This document shows, piece after piece, positions 57,945 through 64,000 of a stretch of 64,000 bases of DNA; the first letter of the stretch is position 1; each line of letters starts with the position of its first letter. The stretch is from Deltaproteobacteria bacterium YD0425bin51 (GTDB taxonomy: Bacteria; Desulfobacterota; Desulfobacteria; Desulfobacterales; YD0425bin51). The notes under the pieces were generated by a model, which worked only from the letters and a program-made list of their open reading frames with translations, did no database searches and was not told the origin of the DNA. The position numbers were made by a program, and so were the translations under genes. The DNA lies in NCBI GenBank assembly GCA_002753225.1, contig PDZS01000015.1:27223-91222 (forward strand), in the 5' to 3' direction.

Positions 57945-59203
57945 CAACACAGGCTTTTTTATTTTTTATTTTTATTTTTCTTACAGCTTTATTTTCATGC
58001 ATCGAAACAGCTTTTATCTCTTTATCCGATATAAAGATTCAACATCTGATGGATAATAAAATAAAGGGAATACAGTTAGTAAAAGCACTCAAAGACAATT
58101 CTGACCGTCTTATAATAACTATTCTCATTGGAACAGATCTTGTACAGATAGCTGCATCATCTCTTGCTACTTCAATTGCCATAGATATTTTTGAGTCCCA
58201 TGCAATAGGCATTGCTGTTGGAGTTATGACAGTTATTATGCTTATCTTTGGCGAGATTATTCCAAAAAGCATAGGAATGTCTCAAAATGAATGGATAACC
58301 ATAAATACTGCTCCAATAATAAAAGTTTTGCAATATATTCTATTCCCAGTAATTAAATTACTAGAATGGTTTATGATCTTAACTTCAACTACCACCAGAT
58401 ATGATGATATTGATCCAATAATAACTGAGGCTGAAATAAAGAGCGTTGTTAACTTAGGTGAAAAAATAGGTGAGGTAGAAGAAGATGAACGTATTATGAT
58501 CCATAATATCTTTAGATTTACTGATCTAAAGGCTAGTGACATTATGGTTGATAGAATGAAAATGTTTTCTGTAAATGGAAAAGAAAGCTTAAAAAATACT
58601 GCTCCTGAGATGATTAGGCAAGGATATTCCAGAATACCTGTTTATGAAGGTCATCCTGATAACATAATAGGAATTCTTTATGTAAAAGATATTATTCCCA
58701 TAATATTTAGCTGTAATTATGATATTCCTATTCGAGATATAGTAAGACCGCCAATGTTTATTACTGAATCAATGCCAATTGATGATCTTTTAAAAGAATT
58801 TCAAAAAAAGAAAATTCATATAGCTCTTATTGTAGATGAACATGGCGGAATTGCAGGTCTTGTTACTATTGAAGATCTATTGGAGGAAATTGTCGGCGAT
58901 ATTTATGATGAAACAGATGGTGAGCCGGTAACTATAAAAAAGTTGAGTGAAACTAAAAGCCTTGTAAGAGGAGATACTGAAATTGAAGAAGTAAACAGGG
59001 AATTAAATCTTAATTTATCTGAAAATGAAGATTATTATACAATATCTGGTTTTATTTTACATGAGCTTCAAAGGATTCCTAAAGTTGGAGTAGAACTTAA
59101 AATTAAGGAAGATTACATCATTCGCATAACAAAAGCTGATAGAAAAAGGATAATTGAGGTGGAGATAGAAAAAATTATTCCCACTCCACCTGAAGAGAAA
59201 TAA
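57938..59203 (+). CDS. CNNM/HlyC/CorC-family transporter (DUF21 - CBS pair - CorC_HlyC)
   Basis: 421 aa. Four-TM DUF21 N-terminus, a CBS pair, and the C-terminal CorC/HlyC transporter-associated domain. Confidence 0.8.
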   Translation: MLTTQAFLFFIFIFLTALFSCIETAFISLSDIKIQHLMDNKIKGIQLVKALKDNSDRLIITILIGTDLVQIAASSLATSIAIDIFESHAIGIAVGVMTVIMLIFGEIIPKSIGMSQNEWITINTAPIIKVLQYILFPVIKLLEWFMILTSTTTRYDDIDPIITEAEIKSVVNLGEKIGEVEEDERIMIHNIFRFTDLKASDIMVDRMKMFSVNGKESLKNTAPEMIRQGYSRIPVYEGHPDNIIGILYVKDIIPIIFSCNYDIPIRDIVRPPMFITESMPIDDLLKEFQKKKIHIALIVDEHGGIAGLVTIEDLLEEIVGDIYDETDGEPVTIKKLSETKSLVRGDTEIEEVNRELNLNLSENEDYYTISGFILHELQRIPKVGVELKIKEDYIIRITKADRKRIIEVEIEKIIPTPPEEK

Positions 59204-61075
59204 TTACTCGATTATTATCTCATATTTTACCGTATAATTTGCTAAAATATCGTACACTCGTTTTTTGATAAATTCAGGGTCTATACTTTCACTTGCCTGT
59301 ATTTTTATTAAAGCTTTTGTCCCATATACTTTATCTTCACAAACAGTTACGTAAATTGATTTAACATCACTTTTTAATGCTTCTAGTTCCTGTGTGTAGA
59401 CTCTTTTTATGCTGTCCCATCTGAGAGCAGGTTTAAATATTTTTCCAACAGGAGTAAGAGGTATAACATCGACTATATGAATTTCTTTTGGAATGGCAGC
59501 TTTTTCACCAATTGTTTCCTTAACCATTTCTAAAATTTTATCTTGAGTAAGATTACTTTCTGGTGCAATTTGAACATAAGCAACAGGGACTTCACCTGCA
59601 TGGGGATCAGGTCTTCCAATTGCTGCTGCTACTTTAACATCAGGTATTCTATATAAAGGCTCCTCAATTGCTGCAGGATCAATATTGTGCCCTCCTCGAA
59701 TAATAAGCTCTTTTTTTCTTCCAGTAAGCCAGAAATAACCATCGGCATCTAATCTGCCTAAATCTCCTGTGTTAAACCAATCATCTATCCATATACCTTT
59801 ATTATGAACATCTTCAACATAGCCTTTAAAAACATTAGGACCTTTAATAACAATAGTACCAATTTCAGAAGTATTTGCATCCCTTAAATATTTACCTTGT
59901 TCATCTAAAATCACAACCTTCATTTCTTGATATGGTAGTCTTATTCCAATACTTCCAACTTTTCTCTCTCCATCTTTTGGATTTAAAGAAGAAGCACAAG
60001 CACCTTCTGTAAGACCATATCCTTCCAATACTTTCATTTTTGTATGATTTTCAAAGCGTTTAAAAAGTTCAACACTCAAAGGAGCAGCACCACAAATTGC
60101 ATATTTAAGAGAAGAAATATCTGTATCTCCTACAGGTAAAGTAAGTAAACCAGATAAAACAGTAGGAACAGAAGAGAAGAAATTAGCCTTATATTTTTCA
60201 ACAATTTTATAGAAATTTTTAATAATAGATGGTTCTCTATATCCAGCAGGTGATAATAAAACTACATGAGCACCAACAGAAAATGGAGCAAGTCCTGTAA
60301 CTGTAGTACCATTAACATGGAATAGCGGAAGACCACATAAGATTGTAGTTGTGCTTGTTATTCCCCCCATGACTATTATATCCCACGCCATAATAACTTC
60401 ATTAAAATGAGTTCTTTTTGCAAGCTTTGGCGTACCAGTTGTTCCTCCAGTGTGGTAAAGTGATGAAATATCATCAGGTTCAATTTTTCGTGAAAAAGTA
60501 AGCTTATCTCCTTGGTATTTTTCAATTGCTTGTTCAAAACTCAAGATATTTTGAGATTCGTCACCTGGTCCCATAACACTTATTATATGTTTTAATGTTG
60601 GAATTTCATTTTTAATAGCTTCTACTTTTCTCCAGATATTTGTTCCTGGTAAGTCTCCTAAAGCAACTAATACTTTTGTTTTTGCAGCACGGCAGATATC
60701 TTTGATTGTTGAAGCTTCTAAAAGAGGATTTATCGGATTAACAATTCCTGCAGCTTCTGCTCCCCATAATATAAAATGTGTTTGAGGCAAATTAGGAAGA
60801 AGATATGTAACAACATCAGAATGCCCAATGCCTAAATCATAAAACATATTGGCGCATTGTCTGATTTTTGTTATAAGTGTTTTGTAGGAAATCTGCGTTG
60901 GCTTATCATAAGCATAACCTGATGCGATGAAACTTAATGCAATACCATCTGGATTTGAGTTTGCTCCTTTTTCAATAGCTTCTAAGGTGTTTTTTTCAGG
61001 TACACGTTCAGAATAAGGAGTTTTTTCAATTTCTGATATATCATTGCCATTTCTAATGGTAAAAATTTCGTTCAT
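59204..61075 (-). CDS. AMP-forming acyl-CoA synthetase (ANL superfamily)
   Basis: 623 aa. AMP-binding motifs LYHTGGTTGTPK, YGLTEG, GDLG and the C-terminal PxxxxGKxxK-like lysine (PVGKIFK). Confidence 0.85.
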   Translation of the reverse strand: MNEIFTIRNGNDISEIEKTPYSERVPEKNTLEAIEKGANSNPDGIALSFIASGYAYDKPTQISYKTLITKIRQCANMFYDLGIGHSDVVTYLLPNLPQTHFILWGAEAAGIVNPINPLLEASTIKDICRAAKTKVLVALGDLPGTNIWRKVEAIKNEIPTLKHIISVMGPGDESQNILSFEQAIEKYQGDKLTFSRKIEPDDISSLYHTGGTTGTPKLAKRTHFNEVIMAWDIIVMGGITSTTTILCGLPLFHVNGTTVTGLAPFSVGAHVVLLSPAGYREPSIIKNFYKIVEKYKANFFSSVPTVLSGLLTLPVGDTDISSLKYAICGAAPLSVELFKRFENHTKMKVLEGYGLTEGACASSLNPKDGERKVGSIGIRLPYQEMKVVILDEQGKYLRDANTSEIGTIVIKGPNVFKGYVEDVHNKGIWIDDWFNTGDLGRLDADGYFWLTGRKKELIIRGGHNIDPAAIEEPLYRIPDVKVAAAIGRPDPHAGEVPVAYVQIAPESNLTQDKILEMVKETIGEKAAIPKEIHIVDVIPLTPVGKIFKPALRWDSIKRVYTQELEALKSDVKSIYVTVCEDKVYGTKALIKIQASESIDPEFIKKRVYDILANYTVKYEIIIE

Positions 61076-61090
61076 ATTAACCTTCCATCG

Positions 61091-61516
61091 TTATCTTGTT
61101 AAATATGGTTTTATACCGTCAATAACTTTATTTACCGTATCTTTTAATCCTTCTTTAAGTTCGTCTTTTGTAACCATCTTTGATTCTACAGAGCCTAATC
61201 TTGATTCCACAGACCCTAATCTTGATTCTACAGACCCTAATCTTGATTCTACAGAGTTAAGTTTTTCTTTTATGATAGAAACATCGCCTTTCATTGTAGC
61301 CATTTCAGCTTTAAGCTGTTCTAATCTGCTTACTATAGTTGCTCCAATAAGGCTTTTTAATGATTGGCTATCAAATTCTTCAGGAATTTTTTTTCTAAAT
61401 TTTTGTTCAACTATACCCTCCATAACATCAGAAAAAATATTTATTACTCTTGGGCTAAGTAATGTTGAAACTACAATATCTTCAAATTCTGGGCTATTAA
61501 ATGATAAGTTTTCCAT
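61091..61516 (-). CDS. Small coiled-coil protein with in-frame heptad repeats (SVESRLG x3.5)
   Basis: 141 aa. A strong RBS (AAAGGAGG) lies 6 nt upstream. The 21-bp tandem DNA repeats are in frame. Confidence 0.5.
   Translation of the reverse strand: MENLSFNSPEFEDIVVSTLLSPRVINIFSDVMEGIVEQKFRKKIPEEFDSQSLKSLIGATIVSRLEQLKAEMATMKGDVSIIKEKLNSVESRLGSVESRLGSVESRLGSVESKMVTKDELKEGLKDTVNKVIDGIKPYLTR
61182..61260. repeat. Tandem 21-bp repeat (GATTCTACAGACCCTAATCTT, about 3.7 copies with one or two substitutions)
   Basis: Read directly: copies at 61182, 61203 and 61224, and a partial copy at 61245. The repeat is coding (SVESRLG on the minus strand). Confidence 0.85.
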
Positions 61517-61533
61517 TATACCTCCTTTCTTTA

Positions 61534-62844
61534 TTAGATATTTAAAATATTAGTATTTATTGGCTCTAATTTTTCAGAAGGCTTTGCAAACAAATATCCT
61601 TGACCATATTTTATACCTAGTTTTTTTAATTCCTTATACTCTTCTTTTGTCTCAATACCTTCAACAATAATTTGGGAGCCGATTTTTGAGGATAGATTGG
61701 ACATAGCCTTCACAATTTCCTGTTTGATATAGTTTGTATCAATTCCTCTAATAAAAGACATATCAATTTTTAAATAACCAGGGTTTAATTCCATTATCCT
61801 CTCCATGTCTGAATAACCTGTTCCAATATCATCTCCAGCGTGAACAATTCCGATATCTGTATAATCTTTTAGAGCAGCTCTAAAAATATCATAATTATCA
61901 ATAGCCAGTTTTTCACTTATTTCAAAAATAACATTTTCTGGTTTGATTGCTAAATCATCTAGTAATTCTTTTAAATAAAGACCGCGAAATTGAGGATCAT
62001 GAATTGTCATGCTTAATGTATTTATAAAAATTTTTTTATCAGTAGCTAATTGAGGAATACGTTCAAAAGCTTTTTTACGGCATAATCTATCTAATTCAAA
62101 AGAGAGACCGCATTCTTGAGCCAGCATAAAAAGCATAAGAGGGTCTGAAAATCCAGAATTTTCAGGTCCTCTTGTCAATGCTTCATAACCAAGAACATCC
62201 AAAGTTTGCATATCGATTATTGGCTGATAAAGAGTGAGAACATCCTGCTCCAAGATAAGTTTTTGAAGTTCGAATTTGCTTTCATAATTCCTTTTTATAG
62301 AAGAGTATTCTGCCATTTTTTTAGAGTTTCTAATCAGGCGCATGACAATCCTCATATTATTTACCATAGGATTTTGAATTTCCATTGCATAGCCAATAAC
62401 TGGTCTTATGTACTCTTTAAGGTAGGGATAAATTAATTGAAAAATTTCTTTTTCTAAACTTAGCCTAATACGTTCAGAAATACTGTCTAAATGAGAGAGA
62501 AGCTGAGTTTTATAGCGCCTGGGAGATGATAGAAATAAAACAAAAGTATCAGGGTCATGAAAATCAACCACAAAAATATCTTTACCCCTAAATGATTTAT
62601 TTTTAATATCTCTCAAACGATCAGTAATTCGGTTTAATAGAGCATGGTAAATATTGCTTCCATATATATATTCAATTTTAGATAATTGTTCTACCTGAAC
62701 TGTTATGCAAGCAAGATAATGAGATTCTATGAGTATTTTTTCAATTTTTTCATACTCTCTAACAACAGTAGGAAGTCCTAAATATTCATTATAAAAAAAG
62801 CCTTCATGGATGTTAATTTTTGGATCTATTTGAGAGCCTGTCAT
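61534..62844 (-). CDS. EAL-domain c-di-GMP phosphodiesterase with N-terminal degenerate GGDEF-like/regulatory region
   Basis: 436 aa. LYQPIIDMQTLDVLGYEALTRGP (the EAL motif), downstream DD(FG)GTGYS and EGIET catalytic motifs. No intact GGDEF motif in the N-terminal half. Confidence 0.75.
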   Translation of the reverse strand: MTGSQIDPKINIHEGFFYNEYLGLPTVVREYEKIEKILIESHYLACITVQVEQLSKIEYIYGSNIYHALLNRITDRLRDIKNKSFRGKDIFVVDFHDPDTFVLFLSSPRRYKTQLLSHLDSISERIRLSLEKEIFQLIYPYLKEYIRPVIGYAMEIQNPMVNNMRIVMRLIRNSKKMAEYSSIKRNYESKFELQKLILEQDVLTLYQPIIDMQTLDVLGYEALTRGPENSGFSDPLMLFMLAQECGLSFELDRLCRKKAFERIPQLATDKKIFINTLSMTIHDPQFRGLYLKELLDDLAIKPENVIFEISEKLAIDNYDIFRAALKDYTDIGIVHAGDDIGTGYSDMERIMELNPGYLKIDMSFIRGIDTNYIKQEIVKAMSNLSSKIGSQIIVEGIETKEEYKELKKLGIKYGQGYLFAKPSEKLEPINTNILNI

Positions 62845-62858
62845 TTTACCTCCCCTCC

Positions 62859-63992
62859 TTATCTTTGATAATATTTTTCTAAAGTTTGATCTGCCTGCCT
62901 TAAAATAAGATTAAAATCACGCGGTTCTATTTCATCATGCTTGCATCCACACCCTATACATCCGCGGTTCCCTCTTTTTTCAAAATACCTGCATGGAAGG
63001 ATATTACCATTTTCATCTTTTCTCCTGCCATAAAATTCTTCATTAGGCAATAGAGATGAATTTGACATGCCGTGGTAATACCAGTTTGTAAGAACACATC
63101 CCCCTCCATTTTCAGGAGATGGACATGAGCATATTGTATATCGAGTATCAAGAAGTTTCATTGAAGAAAAAACAATTCCCTTAGAAAGGTATAATATTGT
63201 TGCCATTTCAAGACACAATTCTTTATTGATAGTATGTGCTTTATGATTTTTATGCATAGAGCGGATCCATGCTGGTGTATATTTTTCAAGAACAGGTAGT
63301 ATCTCAAAATCAGGATATGTTAATTCTAAAAAAGTCTCTAAAGAATATTCTTTTGAGTTAGATTTTCGTAAATCTGACATTTTTTCAAATATTAATTCAA
63401 ATTTTTCACTAGTGTCAGGAATAGATCCATGTTTTTGAACTATTGATGTATATTTATCCATCATACGATTCAGTAAAATATTTTTTTCTTCATCGTTTAA
63501 AATAGTGAAAACTTTTTTATTTTCATATTTATTTTCATAGAGATCATCAGCAATACCTGCGCTTCTGCACACACAATGACCTAAATAAACAATTGGAGAC
63601 TTTAAAATTTCTTCCCAGACCATTTGAACAGGAACAACAATACCATTTAAAACATTTTCAAGGGCAATATCTCTCATCTTTGGTATTACTTCACCTTTAA
63701 GCTGGCTTATCCACCAAGGGAGGAGAACAATTAGTTCATGAATTAAAGGTATGCTTGGTTCTCGCCGCCATAAAAAATAATCTCCTATTTTATTAGCCAT
63801 CCTCCTTATTACAGATCTTTTAAGTTCTGGTCTATCATCTACATGGAGAGAATCAAAAATAGCTTCTATAAATTCTTTTTTTTCAATTTTTGAAAACTGT
63901 TTTATTTGTAATTCTTCACTGTTTTCGGGTTTTATATCCTTTATTCTTTCAAGTAAAGATATAAGTTCATTAACATGCTTATTTTGTTCCAT
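62859..63992 (-). CDS. Cysteine-rich hypothetical protein (possible metal or Fe-S binding)
   Basis: 377 aa with clustered Cys: HCVCRS, CSCPSPENGGGC, CRYF, CIGCGCKH. No family recognised. Lies immediately upstream of the EAL gene on the same strand. Confidence 0.4.
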   Translation of the reverse strand: MEQNKHVNELISLLERIKDIKPENSEELQIKQFSKIEKKEFIEAIFDSLHVDDRPELKRSVIRRMANKIGDYFLWRREPSIPLIHELIVLLPWWISQLKGEVIPKMRDIALENVLNGIVVPVQMVWEEILKSPIVYLGHCVCRSAGIADDLYENKYENKKVFTILNDEEKNILLNRMMDKYTSIVQKHGSIPDTSEKFELIFEKMSDLRKSNSKEYSLETFLELTYPDFEILPVLEKYTPAWIRSMHKNHKAHTINKELCLEMATILYLSKGIVFSSMKLLDTRYTICSCPSPENGGGCVLTNWYYHGMSNSSLLPNEEFYGRRKDENGNILPCRYFEKRGNRGCIGCGCKHDEIEPRDFNLILRQADQTLEKYYQR

Positions 63993-64000
63993 TTTTGTAC

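Noticed and set aside
61182-61260. Possible CRISPR array from regularly spaced 21-bp repeats
   Set aside because: The repeats are directly tandem with no spacers, only about 3.7 copies, in frame within a coding sequence, and there are no cas genes. It is a coding minisatellite, not a CRISPR.
61044-61553. Plus-strand 169-aa ORF with TDPNLDS repeats overlapping the 21-bp tandem repeat
   Set aside because: It is antisense to a minus-strand ORF that has a strong RBS, plausible coiled-coil composition and operon context. The plus-strand frame is hydrophobic and low-complexity with no RBS, so it is probably a repeat-generated artefact.

Overview
Low-GC (about 30%) bacterial chromosome segment with Deltaproteobacteria/Desulfobacterota-like gene content, densely coding on both strands. 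No rRNA, tRNA, CRISPR, IS element or integrase was seen. Housekeeping content includes htrA, a B12-radical-SAM gene, mntP, trpS, a site-2 protease, a DHH-CBS-CCA nucleotidyltransferase fusion, lysS, and a 14 kb co-directional outer-membrane biogenesis block (lolE, NTase-like insert, lolD, bamA, skp, lpxD, lpxA, lpxI, a Gfo/Idh/MocA oxidoreductase, an MNT/HepT toxin-antitoxin pair, lpxB, msbA, lptF/G), followed by typA, several redox enzymes and signalling genes. Two items stand out. (1) Ending at 42892 on the minus strand is an 816-aa clear homolog of the eukaryotic major vault protein. It closes a tight four-gene operon with an RluA-family pseudouridine synthase, a SleB-like cell-wall hydrolase and a membrane PilZ protein; the same-strand lipase/foldase pair upstream is terminator-separated and not part of the claim. 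(2) 51097..53517 is a single HdrA-MvhD fusion gene with an in-frame TGA at 51691..51693 that aligns with the conserved Cys of the HdrA DCSMC motif. It is followed by an fdhF-like SECIS hairpin with a GGUC loop, so it is a selenocysteine protein that a six-frame ORF track splits in two. Other notable features are the MNT/HepT pair embedded in the lipid A cluster, a possible gnnA between lpxI and lpxB with no gnnB nearby, no fabZ between lpxD and lpxA, a lipase plus lipase-specific foldase pair with an internal terminator, and a cysteine-rich protein/EAL/21-bp-repeat coiled-coil protein/acyl-CoA synthetase cluster at the window end.
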